Assembly: GCA_020137815.1 (NCBI GenBank)
Contig: CM035359.1
Location: 3,100,001-3,164,000 of the forward strand
Length of the DNA: 64,000 bases
Reading direction: 5' to 3'
Source of the DNA: Hormiphora californensis
Taxonomy: Eukaryota; Animalia; Ctenophora
This document shows, in pieces, positions 48,371 through 62,943 of the stretch (positions within the stretch are counted from its first letter, which is position 1; every line of letters starts with the position of its first letter). The notes below the pieces were generated by a model. That model saw only the letters and a program-made list of their open reading frames with translations, was not told where the DNA came from and ran no database searches. The translations under genes were made by a program, and so were the position numbers.

Positions 48371-48692
48371 GTGGTGTGACTCGTTAACACTTTGTGTAAC
48401 ACTTGTTAACTATGTGCATAACTTTTCTCTCGTGCCACGCTTACATGTTACAAAGTTTACAAAGTGTTACAAAAATGTTACAAAAGTGTTACAAAATGTT
48501 ACAAAAGTGTTACAAAATGTTATCAAAATGGGCATTTTTGCAACATTTTGCAACATTTTGCAACATTTTGTAACACTTTGTAACACTTTGTAACACTTTG
48601 TAACGCTTGTAACACTTTGTAACATGTGCAGAAAATATTTTGTGCACGTTACATGTTACAAAGTGTTACAAAGTGTTACGTGTCACCCCCCC
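48371..48692. mobile_element. Poly-C-ended MITE with TGTTACAAAG / TGTAACACTT 10-mers; left end degraded
   Basis: Inverted 10-mer arrays; right end GTTACGTGTCACCCCCCC, left end GTGGTGTGACTCGTTAAC. Confidence 0.6.
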
Positions 48693-49401
48693 CTCTCTAC
48701 AACCTAGTGAGATGTCAATTGTCAGCATCAACCAGAACAGAAAAGCTTGTATAGTTGTCTGCTAAACTGTCTAAAGAGCCTTGACAACCAAATTACAACC
48801 CAGAATGTACACCAGATAACTAATTACGCCCCATGTCCCCAATTACTAATTGGGCAGACTAGAAGTAGCGCGCGAAGGTGTCACACATGGAGAGCGCTTC
48901 TGATGACTTACCTGATCACTAGCTGTAATTAGTGTCTAGTTTCTTCATTTCTCAAGATTTGAAGTTCATACTTTGCAAGCATCCCTAAAACAGTATTTTA
49001 CGTCCCGGGATATGAGATCTTTGAATTTCATCAATTCCTTCAGGTAGCTAGGTCACCATATTTTGTCCAAATTTAAAGATTTTATACCCCGGCTAAGTAT
49101 ATAGTCTATATAGCATCCCTGCAAAGTTTCAGAGTGATACTTCCAATAATACTCGAACCGTTTATACTTAGCGGTGGTGATATTCTCTACCCTCAAAAAA
49201 CCTGTCTGGCGGCGCCAGACCCCAATTTGATTCTCAAATTGGGGTCTGGTGTCACACTTTTGAAGTGCGTGAGCTGCGTGAGAACGCGCACACAGAATCT
49301 TAGCGCAACGAGTGCTACAATATGTCGTTCGCGCGTTACATAGAACAGGCCACTATAAGAGACAGGAAGATGAGATGGAGTGTGTGAGAGAGAGTGAGTG
49401 T

Positions 49402-49496
<95 letters not shown>

Positions 49497-50319
49497 TGAG
49501 AGAGAAACTAGAGATCCTCTCTTGTTATCAATTTGATACCTCAAAGAGAGAGAGATAGAGAGAGAGAGAGAGAGTGAGAGAGAAACTAGAGTGTGAGTGA
49601 AAGAAACCATTGAGTAGGCACTCTTGTACTATGACCTCCCACGCCCCGGACGTGCCCCCCCATACACAGTTACCACCCCGTCCGCCTTTATACAACAATA
49701 TGAAATTAAAACAACTCAATTTATTACCAAAAAAGTTACCAAACAAATGTTAACCAATTACCAGGAAGATGGATAAAGTTTTCAACAACACACACACACA
49801 CACACACCCCACTCTCGTCTCTCACTCTCTCCTTTCCCTCCCTTGAGCTACGGGAAATTAATCGAAACATTTATCGAAACTAGTTTAGAATATTTCAAGA
49901 TGTAACACTGTCAAACACATTCGCACACATCTCTCCACAGATCAAGATATAGGAAACTAACAATATGGGAATATGTCATCTCGATCTGATATACCGGAAA
50001 AACCCCTTTTCCCCCCAAAACAGTTTTCCCGTTTTCATTTTAAAGGGTTTTTTTGCTCAAAGTTTTTCTTCGATCAATTTTGCTGACCCAAATTTTCCTG
50101 ATAAACCCCTCCCGTAAAATTTTGGAACAGAAATTTATTTTCGCCGGGCCCATCACCAAAATGGGGGGGGGGCTGTTTGTTTAAAATTTTTCCGTATTGT
50201 CTTTCCAGCAAAAAATCCCGAACCAAGATACTTTTAAAGGGGATTTAAAGGGGCCAATTGGTTTGGGGAAAAAAATAAAACAACAGGGGCTAAAAAACCA
50301 GGAAAGGGTGAAATGGGGT

Positions 50320-52290
50320 GTCGGGGGTTAAAAAACAGGGGGGGGTTTTGGGGGGGGTGGTGGCCGGGGGTTGGGGGGAAGGGGGGGTTTGGTGGGGGGG
50401 CCCGGGGGTTTTAGAGACAGGGGGGGTGGTGGGGGGGCGGGGGTTTTTTTTAAAGACGGGGAGGGGGGTGGGGGGCGGGGGTTTTAGAACAGGGGGGGTT
50501 GGGGGGGTGGCGGGGTTAAAAGGGGGGGAAAGGTTTGGGGTGGAAGGGGTTAGAGCCCAGGGGGTGGTGGGGGGGGGCGGGGTTTTAGAGCCAGGGGGGT
50601 TTGGTGGGGTGGCGGGGTTAGAGACGGGGAGGGTGGGGGGGTTTGGCAGGGGTTAAAGCCCGGGGGGGTTTGGGTGGGGCAGGGGTTAGAGACGGGGGGG
50701 GTTGGTGGGGGGGGCATGGTTAGAAAAGGGGGAGGGTGGGGGGTTTTGGCAAGGGGTTTTAAGGAACCAAAAAAAAGTGGTGGGGGGGGGAAAAAGAAAA
50801 ATGTTTTTTTTTAATAGTAATTTAAATTGTTAATTTCCATATTAATGTCGAATTTTTCCCCCTCCCCAAAAAAAAAAAAAAAGGGGGGGGGGGTTTCCTT
50901 TAAAAATTTTTTCCCCCTTTCTGTAGGTTTCCCTTTTTTAGGCCCCTGGAAAAAAACGCCCAAAACTAACCTAAAAGGGATCCCTCGAAATCAAATTTTT
51001 CTCCAGATCCAGATCTGGCCCCCTTTTCCTTCTCTCGAAAGGAAATTTTAAAAACCTTCAAGTACACCCACATGAGGGGGGCCATATAGAATTTTGGGGT
51101 CCCCAACCCGGGTAAGTCTGAGTTTTGTAAGATTCAACCATCATTCCCATAAAAACCTGTGCCTGGGAATTTTTTTTAATTTTTTTTTTTTGGGGAACTC
51201 ATTTGGGAGGGGTGTTTAAAATTTTTTCCCATGTTTATAAAATATTATATTGGCCGGGTTTTTGAACCCCCTTTTTAAAAATTTTCCAAAACTTGGGTCG
51301 AGGGAAAAAAAAATAAAACCTTTCAACTTCCGTCCTTGGTAAAAATGGGAAACCCCATCCGGCCCAGTGATAATCCATTTTTTTTTTTTTCACCACGCAC
51401 CATTTTTTCTCTATGATGCTAAAATATTGAAGTTTTTCCGTAAAAAGATTTTGATTTGGGAAACAAAATAAATTGAAAGGCCACGGGAAAAGCGTTTATC
51501 TCCATTACAATACTGGGGGAGAGGGGGTTTACAGAATTAAAACCCAAAAGTTAAAACCATGGGGATCCCCCGGCATTTGATTGATTGAAAAAACTCGGTA
51601 AAAAGGGGATAGAGGGGTGTCCAGAAAGAAGGGCCCTTTACACCAACTTTTCTTTTTTAACAAAGAGGGGAGTTTTGGGAAAGAAAATCAAAATGGGGCA
51701 GTTAAACAGAGGGAAACCTGTAAAAAAGGGGGGAAGAGGTTCCAAAAAATGTACATTAAAACCCCGTTACTATGAAAGGGGGAGGGGGGGGGAGAGACCC
51801 AAAAAAAGGGCATTTGCAAGGGGCAACTTTTGTAAAAAGGGGAGGAGAGGTGTCAGAAAAAATTGACATTACACAGTTACTATTTAAAAAAGGGGGAGCT
51901 TGGGAGATCAAAAAAAGGGCATTTGACTAAAGTGCAACTCTGTGAGGGGGAGAAAAGGGGTGTACAGAAAAAAGTACATTACCCCCACGTTACAAATTGT
52001 AACAAAGGGGGACTTGGAGAGATAAAAAACGGGGCAGTTGACTGAGGGGCAACCTTTAAAAAGGGGAAGAGAGGTGAAACAGAAAATGTACTTACAACAC
52101 GTTACTATTTTAAAAAAGAGGGGAGCTTGGAGAGATAAAAACTTGGCATTGACGGTGCAACTCTGTAGAAAGGGGAGAGAGAGGTGTACAGAAAGAATGT
52201 ACATTACACACGTTACTATGTAACAAGAGGGGAGCTTGGAGATATCAAAACAGGGCAGTTGACAGATTGCAACTCTGTAGAAAAGAGCGG
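50320..52290. repeat. Degenerate tandem repeats (G-rich ~30-mer 50320-50760; ~90-bp unit ~51520-52290) in low-quality sequence
   Basis: GGGGTTAGAGACAGGGGG-like and GAGGTGTACAGAAAGAATGTACATTACACACGTTACT-like units with inflated homopolymers. Confidence 0.6.
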
Positions 52291-54042
52291 AAGAGGAACA
52301 GAAAAGCGGACAAAAAACACAATCGCAGCAAAGTGAAGAGTTGCACAAAGAGAGATAGAAGGAGGATGTAATGAGAGGGAGGGAGAGGGAGATACACTTT
52401 GGTTGCGGTCTTGCTGACCGGGTTAGCTAACAAATCAGAAGTAAAAACAAGGAACAAACTGAACAAATGCAACAGAGCTGAAAGTGAGAAAAGGCGGGAG
52501 AACGGGACTGCAACTGTAGCTACTGGGGGTGCCAGACAAAACTTTGTTAAACTATGTATGGCGGCGCCATACCCCCATTCGATTCTCAAGTTGATCTAAA
52601 TCTGTACAGTGTGTAGGCGTGACGATATATTTACTTTACTTCAAACAGCAATCCGACAATACCGGGTTCCATCCATGATGGATACGAGGGTACTCTCGAA
52701 ACTTCGGTGTTGTACCACTTTGCAGGTTCACTCTGTGACCGATCGTGGTGTGCGTTTATTATCTGAGACCCCGGTGTCGGATTGCTGTTTCTCGTGAACA
52801 AAGTTTTATATCAGACAAAGACAGTGGTTTCTGAAGAAGAATCAAATCAAACACATAACAAGCAATCGCACATCTCCATTTTGAATTATTAAACACTGGC
52901 ATCGCGAGTCTCTGTGACAAGAAACCCATATCAAAAACCCTCACTTGAGGTTTGTGTTTTTAAAGTGGCCGTTACCATTAATTCAAAAAAGTTTGTCGCG
53001 AAAACTTTTTTCGAAAAAACTTGCGAAAAGTTGCCCGGCGAAATTTTTGAAATTTTGAAAACGCGATATTTCGAGGAAAACGCGCCGCGGCGTTGCAAAA
53101 TACGCCTGATTTTTAGCGCGGCTCACTATTTGCGCGTGAAATCACGATCCCACCAGATCACTCACGCAGCGTGATAAATTGTGACACCAGACCCTAATCT
53201 GAGCGCGCGACAGTGCGCTCAGATGGGTCGCGGCGCCAGACAGCAAAAAACCACATAATTTCCTCGCCCAGCACTAGCGCCGCGCGACCTCCCTTAGAAT
53301 ACGCACCATGAATAACTCAAGAAATACCCCATAGTTCCGAAACCAAAAGACAAGTTATAAATGCGTCATTCTATGATGCATTTATATTTTATAACTTTTC
53401 TTATGATTCATAAGTTTCAACTTGATGAAAGGACGTCCATGATTTTTTGGTCCTTTTTACCCCTCGCTCCCCTCTGTCCGAGCCTGTCTGAACTTTCCAG
53501 ACCCCCCTCCCCTTGTCCGAATTTCGTCCACTAAGAAAAAATCAAGCAACTAGACACACTTCTCTCTCACCAGTATAATTTTTCTTCAAAACCTGGGACA
53601 GTCCAAACTTCACCTCTCCCCCCTGTTCAGAGATGTCCAAAATTTGCTTCCTCCTCTACCCCTGGACGTCCTTTTTGAATGACCCCTAGCCTAGCTGCAG
53701 ACTCCGGCAGACTAGATTTGGTTTGATTTACATCAAGTACATCACGTTGAAAGCTGTCAGACATTGCATCACCTCTTATCTGAAATCGATGCCAAACCTG
53801 CACTGTTTGGCTAGACATGTTTGGCATCGATCTCAGATGAGAGGTTGATGTGCCAAACGCTTGTCGATCACATCACCAAATTTACAGTGACATTGTGAAA
53901 CTGAAAGCGTAAATGCATAGGTATTACATTTTTGCACAAATCCACTACACATTTGTTAAAATAACAATGAAACAAATTAAAAGTAGTTATTAGACAGGTT
54001 GCATTGATAGGAAGACGTTTCGATAATCTAATATATCTCCTG

Positions 54043-55385
54043 CAGGAAGCGACCGAATATTCGGTTCGGTTCGGTTCGGTTCGGAAATTCGGTGTTTTTT
54101 GGGCGGTTCGGTTCGGTTCGGTTCGGTAGGAAATTTTGGCCGAACCACCGAATTTTTTGGTCAAAAAATGCCCAGAAATCGGGCTTTTTCATGCAAAATT
54201 TTTCAATTATTTCACGAAAATTGTATGGATTTCAATGTCAATTTCGCCGTATTAACCCTATTTCGAATTGGTGGTGCTATGTGGAAATGATTTCGCTAGT
54301 TAGCGGGTTCGATATGGATTGATTTGATACCTGACTTCCCGTCGAATCGTGTCCTCATGAGAGGGTCAACAAATTCAGAAACTTTTTTTTCAAAAAATTC
54401 ATGGAGAGCACCGATCAAGGTGTTAAGAATCATTCTCTGAAATTTTTAAAAAAAGTTTGGAAAATATTTCAAAGTCAATTTTATGGAAAATTTTCTATGT
54501 CAATTTTTTCGTACGAATCGTGTTTCGAATCGGTATTGCTAAGCGGGAGTGATGTTGCTAATTAGTGGGTCCGAGATGGATTATGCTGATACGTGATCCC
54601 CCATCAAATCTAATTAGGAAGTTTAGGGGAAACGATTCATGTTTCAATAAATCCTGCTAATTAGCGAGAGCACTGCCGCATAGCATCACCGATTCGCAAC
54701 ACTGTACGGCAAAATTGACATAGAATTTTTTTTTCCGAAATTGACTTTGAAATATTTTACAAAGTTTTTTCACAAAATTAAATGTTTCTCTAAAAATTCA
54801 TGGAGAGCATCGATCAAGGTATTGAGAATCATTACCTGAAATTTTGTGAAATTTTTTTTTGTGAAAAATATTTTAAGTAAATTATGGTATACGAATCGTG
54901 TTTCTAATCGACAATGCTAAACGGGAGTGATGTTGGTAATTAGTGGGTCTGAGATGGATTGTGCTGATACGTGATCCCCCATCAAATCTAATTAGGAAAT
55001 TTAGAGAGACACGATTCATGGTTCGTTTAATCCTGCTAATTAGCAATACCATTCCCGTATAGCATTGCCGATTCGAAACACGATTCGTACGCAAAAATTG
55101 ACATAGAAAATTTACGATAAAATTGACTTTAAAAATTTTTTCACAAAATTGACTTTGAAATTTTTTCAAACATTTTTTAACAAAATTTCAGAGAATGATT
55201 CTCAATACCTTGATCGGTGCTCTCCATGACTTTTTAGAGAAACATTTATACAGAAAAAGTTTTGTATGGTTCGGTTCGGTTACCGAAATTCGGTTCGGTT
55301 CGGTTCGGTTCGGTTCGGTAAAAAAGTTTTTCAAATTCGGTTCGGTTCGGTTCGATGGAAAAAAACCCGGTTCGGTCGTTTCCTG
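54043..55385. mobile_element. Non-autonomous hAT-type element with (GGTTC)n subterminal arrays
   Basis: TIR CAGGAAGCGACCGAA / TTCGGTCGTTTCCTG; 8-bp TSD ATCTCCTG (54035-54042, 55386-55393). Confidence 0.9.
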
Positions 55386-55831
55386 ATCTCCTGTCATTCC
55401 AAAGACACACAGTCAGTATACAGTCCTTCTATATATATATATACTCGAGGTCACAATCGGGAGAGAGATACATTATATCAGAGATTTATACCAAACATTT
55501 TTCACAGCTCAATGAAATTAAAATTAAATAAAATTCTATGCATATTATAATGTTAATAAGATTAGTTAAAATTGAAAACAATCTGAAACAAGCTGCTAAC
55601 CAAACTCGGAGAAATATCAAAGGGGGTGATATGGACAATTGGAAACCTTTTTTATTCAGGCTTTGCTTTGCTAGTAAAACGGCCACAAAATAGAAAACTA
55701 GACCAAAAAAGAACCCCACTCTCTGGCTCCCAAAAACCCTCTTATTGATTATCTCCTTCCCTGATCTGTCAGAGTATGTTGGCCTGACAGTTACTATACA
55801 CTATCATGGGTACTGTACCCATGATAGTGTA

Positions 55832-57034
55832 CAGGGTGTCCCACTGTCTTTGCATCACCTGCGATTTTGGGTCATGACCGGGCTCCATTAAACTAACCAA
55901 AACTCATCGAAAAATTGGTCAAAATGGTTCTAACAAAAACCAGTGTTCTAGAGAATTGTCTGGCGAACATTTTGGTTGCAAGATTGACTTTCCAAGTCTT
56001 ACCAATCGTCCGATATATCGTCGTAAAGTCAAAATTACGTGTTCATGAAATCCGACCGGGGTTCACGTTTTGAAAAATTCACAAATGCAAAGTTGCTCGG
56101 ATCACATTGCATCCCTCATAAGAGTTGTAGGAAATTGTCTGGCGGTCATTTTGGTACCCGGGTTTTTATCCTAGCTCAATGTTTAGAGTGTCTTATGACT
56201 GTCAGAACTGGAATTTTCCCAAAAGTGGTCTCAGGTATCGCATTGCATTTTGCCCTGTTATGAAGCTCATAGCTGCTTGACTAACATCTTAGTGCATGAT
56301 AGGGTTGAGATAGACCACTTGTGTATCCTACAAATTAACAGGGGCCTTGCCAAATCGTCATAACAACCCTGTCAAGTGTCTAGATGAAATTGAGACGATA
56401 TGTGCTGATTATCATGGGATTACACACGACACCGAGCCACCTAATTAGGGGTTGTGAGCCGATACCAACTAAGACTCAGCATAGAAAAATCTTCATGTTC
56501 CTACAGTCATAACGCAACTTAAACGTAGAGCTATGGAAAAAACCATGGTATCAAAATGAACCTTAGACGATTCCAATGAAGCTCTTGTAAATTTCAAATC
56601 ATTTTACCCATTTGTTGATGACACGTGATCCCCTCAAAAATGCTGGTTGAATTTCGTCTTTAGACAGTCATAAGACACTCTAAACATTGAGCTAGGATAA
56701 AAACCCGGGTACCAAAATGACCGCCAGACAATTTCCCACAACTCTTATGAGGGATGCAATGTGATCCGAGCAACTTTGCATTTGTGAATTTTTCAAAACG
56801 TGAACCCCGGTCGGATTTCATGAACACGTAATTTTGACTTTACGACGATATATCTGACGATTGGTAAGACTTGGAAAGTCAATCTTGCAACCAAAATGTT
56901 CGCCAGACAATTCTCTAGAACACTGGTTTTTGTTAGAACCATTTTGACCAATTTTTCGATGAGTTTTGGTTAGTTTAATAGAGCCCGGTCATGACCCAAA
57001 ATCGCAGGTGATGCAAAGACAGTGGGACACCCTG
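55832..57034. mobile_element. Tc1/mariner-type non-autonomous element with ~370-bp TIRs
   Basis: TA|CAGGGTGTCCCACTGTC... and ...GACAGTGGGACACCCTG|TA; 55832-56203 pairs almost perfectly with 56663-57034. Confidence 0.9.
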
Positions 57035-57114
57035 TACAACCTGAGTGTCTTCGATATTCTTCTGCAATTAGCAGCTATGAGAAACAGCTGGCCAGCTCAG
57101 CTGGGTAAGGCAGC

Positions 57115-57333
57115 GGATTACGGGGGCCCGTACCAGTCGCCCGTACCAGTCGCCCGTACATTTGCTTTGCGCATTACGTTTCACCACACTTTCACCACAA
57201 CGAAACACATACCCGTGACGCGCATGTACCTTATTTGTGGTGAAAGTGCGATGAAAAGTAATGCGCAAAGCAAATGTACGGGCGACTGGTACGGGCGATC
57301 TATACGGGCGATCTATTCGAGCCCCCGTAATCC
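57115..57333. mobile_element. Palindromic MITE
   Basis: GGATTACGGGGGC ... GCCCCCGTAATCC ends; internal CGCCCGTAC / TACGGGCGA repeats in inverted arms. Confidence 0.75.
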
Positions 57334-57617
57334 CCCGTGTAATACAAAGTTAAAATAGTTCAGCACAATTTACAGCTATTACATTAATGTGTCTTGCGTA
57401 TAACAGTAGACCCATACGCCATAGTATGGCAATACAATTTATTGGCTGTATTATTATTAATACAAATATAATACACTGGGTTATCACTGACTGCAAATTG
57501 GTCTCGCTGCGCAGCGCTGCATAGAACACGCTCTACTCTGATAACCTAAAATTATAAAAACCAAAATAATCAAGTTCATGTTATTATCTGATATTGTTTC
57601 TGATTGTTTTTTTCCCC

Positions 57618-60168
57618 TCATATTCTTGATGTCGTGTATCGACCCATGCGGGGTACCTGGGGTGTCTTCTCTGTCGACCTTTCAACAACAACGTTTTCTG
57701 TGTTCGTTATCTGTGGAATATGGAAGGAGTAAATGTGAGTATAATATTGGTTCCACACTTACATACTAACACCCTCCATACCAACGTCCAACACCCTCCA
57801 CATAGGTATGGGGGGGGGGGGGACTTGGGATGGAAGGAGCTTAAATGTGAGTATAATATTGGGTTTATTATACTAAGTTAGAACTCTTTTTATTTTATTA
57901 AAGTTATTATTTAACGAATAAAATATATGTTGAATGGGTGGAATAGATGGCATTCCATGGAATGCCATCTATGTCCTATCTATCCTATAGGATCGGACAT
58001 TATGCATATACATATGCATAATATGACCATAACATGGACTGAGTCTCTGCAGAGCTCAGCCGGAAAATAAATGGAGAATAGCGAGCCATTGTGTTATGGC
58101 CGGCAATATTTTTATTAAAGTTATAAAGCCGTGTGATATTATTTAAAAATAATGCATAATAAATGACTTGATTGGGCTATTTTTAAAAAAAGAATGCATA
58201 ATAAATGACTTGATTGGGCTATTTTTAAAAAAGAATGCATAATAAATGACTTGATTGGGCTATTTTTAAAAAAAGAATGCATAATAAATTACTTTAAAAA
58301 AGGCATAATAAATGACTTAAGTGGGATATTTTAAAAATGCATGAGACATGACTTGAGTCGAGTGGGCATAACTTGTAAAAGCTGGGCAGCAGATGTTGAG
58401 TTACTCAACAAGGCAGCATGGTGATTAATGATTATTGAAACTGTGCGTACAGACTTACATCAAGACTTGCACCAACATCAAATGATGTATAATGAGTTAC
58501 TATCAGACGTTGGTGTAGGAGACCCTAAAGACGTAAACGACTCATTACCATTTCTGGAAAGCGAATCTTCGGGGAAAGAAATCGAAAGATCTTTTCCAAT
58601 GACCAAATGTCAAAGCTTTGACATTCGGCAATTAAAAAAGGTATCGAAACAGAAACCCACTCAATCACGTCAATATGAAATATGTTTCAATGAAAACTTG
58701 ATAAGTTCAAAATTGAACATTACTCACCGACGGTAGAATGCACTGAACGTATCTCTTCAGCTCGCTTCCTCTCACCAACAGGATGGTCGGTTTGGCCAGC
58801 AGGGTCAGTAGGGTAGTCCACGTGTGCACCAGGAAAATGGTATAAATCTCCGCTGAGATGGACACTCCCTCTGGTTTTATCAGCACATGGAACACCAGCT
58901 CCGTCCCGAGATATACCGTGGTGGTGATGAGGGTCACACAGGATAACAGGAGGACTGTCACGGAGATCCGTTTGTTGATGTGACTGCTGACAGTAGTGGT
59001 CCTAGTTTTCCTCAGCTTTTTGTTGATCACGAAGGCCGCACAGAAGGTGATGAGGCCGGGTAGGGCGATTGGCACACCAAGAGTGATCATGTAGATGCCA
59101 AGGTCGGTGGGTGTCTTGGGGAGCATGTAGCATAGCTCCGCTCCCGGCAGAGGGTTGATAACGAGATAGAACACGCTGTACATGTAGTCAAACTTGTTCT
59201 TCCTATACCCTGTTATCATGTAAACCTCAGAGAACACCACGCTCGCCCACCACACAACACCGAACCATGCCACCACTTTAACCGCCATCCTGTTGATCCG
59301 TTGTAGTGGTGAGACCACCCGAATTGCCCGGGTGACACAGAGGATCATATTGAGGAAGACCTCGGAGCGCGAGGAAACCAGGAAAGAGAAGCTGTAGAGA
59401 GGTACCAGCAGCACCAGGATCTCACGGATGTACATGACAGAGGCGATGAGAATTATTGCACAGACCAGGGAACTCCTGAGGGAGAGTGCGGTGTGTTAGT
59501 AAATGCCGATCGAAGGACCAGAAAGTTTAAATTTCGAGCATGGACATTGGACTACCAAGAATCAATATGATATGTATCTCGTGAAAAGGATGACACATGT
59601 GATCTGCAGATCAGTCTCCACCCCAAATAATTATTCTGTAGCATACATGTCTCCACTCCCAAATAAGAGAAGACATAATGAAGGTGTTTTTCAACTTTCA
59701 GTATACTATACAGTATCAGTATACTATACAGTGCATATAATTACAGTGACATACCCGGACGAGATAATATCAAGGACGGCGGAATATTTGTAGAGAATGT
59801 GCTGGATGTTAGTTGTTTTGTTCCGGTAAAACATGAAGATTATCAGGTTTAATGTTACTCTGAAAATACAACAGGGCGTGTCAGAGAGAGATTATAACGG
59901 GTCTTTTAGTTAACCCTATCGTTTATGAGGTTTTGAGCATTGAGGTTTTTAATTTATCTTAGGTGCTCTGTGGTTTAGTTTAGAGTGGGATGTGGGATGT
60001 GTCTCAGCTTTTTACTCACCCGATACAACCAGTAATGGCAAGAGACGCGATGATGAAGACGTTGGCAGCCTCACTGCTGAGATAAGTGGAAAGGTTACTG
60101 GCTGTGGGTGTTGCTGTTGTAGGGGATACACCATGATCACCCGCTGCTGCTGTTACTTCAACGTTCAT
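57618..60168 (-). CDS. Orphan rhodopsin-like (class A) GPCR, ~364 aa
   Basis: Exons 60168-60020, 59859-59755, 59475-58728, 57710-57618, phase-consistent. TM1 GCIGVTLN, TM2 AVLD, TM3 end CVTRAIRVVSP, TM7 LAKPTIL. The last exon is inferred; the ORF could instead read through to 58707. Confidence 0.8.
58151..58320. repeat. ~41-bp tandem repeat AATGCATAATAAATGACTTGATTGGGCTATTTTTAAAAAAG
   Basis: Three full copies plus degenerate copies. Confidence 0.9.
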
Positions 60169-61254
60169 TTCAGCTATAAAACATAATATTATTTGTTTTT
60201 AGGTAATCTTGAGATGTTTTATAGGTTCATTATATATTCAAGGATATGAAAAAATATAATATGCCCAATATGCAAGAACCAACAAATTATGATGGATTTC
60301 GGATCGAAACAATTATATCACATGGATTGCGGGGTTACACCCCTATTCCTACAAGAATATGCAGAACACCTTCAAATCTGGTATTATTTGAAAAGGGATA
60401 AAAATCAATATATGTACATACATAATGCATATATGTATAGACAAAATCCCAGCTGGCTCTTATTGACAGATTGGCAATATAGATGGAGCGCTTACACCTC
60501 AATTCTTCTTAAGTATAAATCTAAAATTTCACACACAGGCATTACCACACATTACTGACCAACAGACTAATATAATATATTATGTAATATGTAAAAATAA
60601 GAATAAGTTAGATAATATATGATTACTTTAGTTAAACGGCTAACATCGATAATATATTGAATATTTCCCCCGTCATTGCAAATCCCGTCGAATTTTAAGG
60701 TTTTAAATATCCTAGTCTAGCTGATTTATTCACTTTCATCATCGCACTTACTGATAGTTGCAACACTAGAGTTGTCCAAATCGGGGAGTTTAAACGTTTT
60801 CCAACGCCAATTTGTACCCCTCCAACGATCCCAACCAACGCTCAAATTGAGTGGAGGGTGCTAAGACCCAATGACAGATTTAGTCATTTTTTGAGGACAA
60901 TTATCCCTAAAACGGTTCAAGATAGATCCTATGCTGATTCATAGTTTTTCCCAAGTTTCAAGTATTCCGATCAAAAGACCATAAAAAGTCCTCTTCTTGT
61001 TCATGGATATATAAACTACTACAGTTAGTGTTAGTGCCTGTTTCTTTTGACCGGAGGATTGACTGTCAATGGGCCACACACACACACACCTCAAGGTGTT
61101 CATGGCACGTGGCATCTCTTGACCACACATGTGTACATGACAGTGCACTATGATGTCAGACTCACTATTCACCGACATAAGGAGCCGCTGTCACCCTGTA
61201 CCATGACCAGGATACTTGGACTGATGCATAGCATGACGACACACATGTCCTCTA

Positions 61255-61314
<60 letters not shown>

Positions 61315-61749
61315 TCTCTCTCTCTTCTCTCACTCTCTCTCTCTCTCTCTATATCCCTCTCTCAACCAACATTTCTCTGGGAGACCCCCCACAGGGATAA
61401 AACTAGACATCACATTTGTGTTAACGTGCACGCCGATGATCGCCTGACACACACAACTGTGTCACACACACCCTCACTCTTGTTAGTCTGCCTGATCTAC
61501 TTTTGCTTCCCGATATAAATACTCCACCTCATTTTTTAATAAATTCATTTTCGATAGTGGTGTCATTCCTGTACTGTGTCTCCTGAACCAGACTGCTCTT
61601 TGACAGACTGTAGCAACATATTTTAGTGCAGCAGGTGGCCTAAGTACTTGATCGATCGATCATCAAGCAGACCCTTGAAAATTCGGCAAGAGCTAGAGGG
61701 CGGACACATTATATCTTCTCTGATCATACACTCCTCGTGGACGACCATC

Positions 61750-62943
61750 ATGATGTTTCGTCAGCTGGTAGCAGTTATGGTTCTACTCGCACCCACAATC
61801 GTGGTTTCAAGTAAGAGATGATAGCAAATATATATAAATATTGTATTAAAAAGCTGAATTAATGTCTTCACTGGCTGTTGCCTTTTAGTATCCTTGATAT
61901 TGTATAAATCTTCTTAGCCCCTTGTTCAGCAGATTAAAATATCCAACAAACAAATCAACACCTTAAGAATACGATTTGTATTTCTATAGAAATTATAATT
62001 AACTGTTTTATCGAAAGCTGGAGTATTTATATATGTAGCATTAGCAGTGTTTTGAATACAGCTTATAATATTCTAATCTTGTGCATACTCCTTAGCTAAT
62101 ACATAAGTGATGTGATTCGAACCCCGATACTTTCAATGAAAATGATAAAATGATATTTTATCATTTTCATTATCAAAACCTCAATGTTTATAAAACTAGT
62201 TCTAAAATCCTCCATGAACTTGGAGATACGATGGTGCCCTCATATCATTAACTTTAAAAAAGAAAGAGACTGAGAGCCATGGGCGTGACCAGTGACCACT
62301 GGCCAAGATAAGCTTTCGAACGATTATGCCGAAGTCATATCACCGCTTTATCGTGAAATTTGAATAAGAAAAAGATTATAGTGCCTTGTACGTGAGTGCC
62401 ACTCACCAAGATAATAGCCATGTCTACATGAGACCCGTACAGTAACATTTCAGACAGCATTTTAATGGTAGCTAATAGACATGATATTATAGAGTGCGAT
62501 AGTGAGTTATAGATCAGTGAGTGAAATCATACCATACAAATTTATCTGGCAATGCTTTTCCTGGATAGTCCGAAAGTAAATAAAGTTTAGTATTATATTA
62601 TAGTACCATAATTATAGTAGTGCGTATTACGAACACGTGATGATCATGACATCTCCAAAAGCATTTTCAGTAATGCATAAATCCAAATAGTAACACACCT
62701 ATCAAACCAAGCCCAGCAAAAAAGCCGAGCCAGCAAAAAGCCTCTCTAAATATTATCTCTATCTCTCCGCTGAGCCAGCAAAAAGCCTCTCTTAACATTA
62801 TCTCTATCTCTCTCTCTCCGCTGTTAAAGCATCACTTTACTAACGACTCCCCAGCTCTTGACTTTCCAGATTTCTGCGAGGTTTTCGTTCTACCAATAAC
62901 AACAACTCTGGTAGCTTTCTACGACAAATCGGCAAGCTTTCAG
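61750..62943 (+). CDS. First two exons of a probable secreted or membrane protein, 3' end unresolved
   Basis: 61750-61810 MMFRQLVAVMVLLAPTIVVS (signal-peptide-like, GTAAGA donor) joins in phase to 62870-62943 (NFCEVFVLPITTTLVAFYDKSASFQ, GTAACA donor). Confidence 0.45.

Noticed and set aside
47183-49610. SLSLSL / RERERE ORFs
   Set aside because: CT/GA microsatellite translations; 47820-48420 also looks error-rich.
49980-52000. Gly/Lys-rich ORFs and extreme G-run density (G-quadruplex island)
   Set aside because: Homopolymer inflation and decay of an otherwise regular repeat indicate low-quality consensus, so it is not interpretable.
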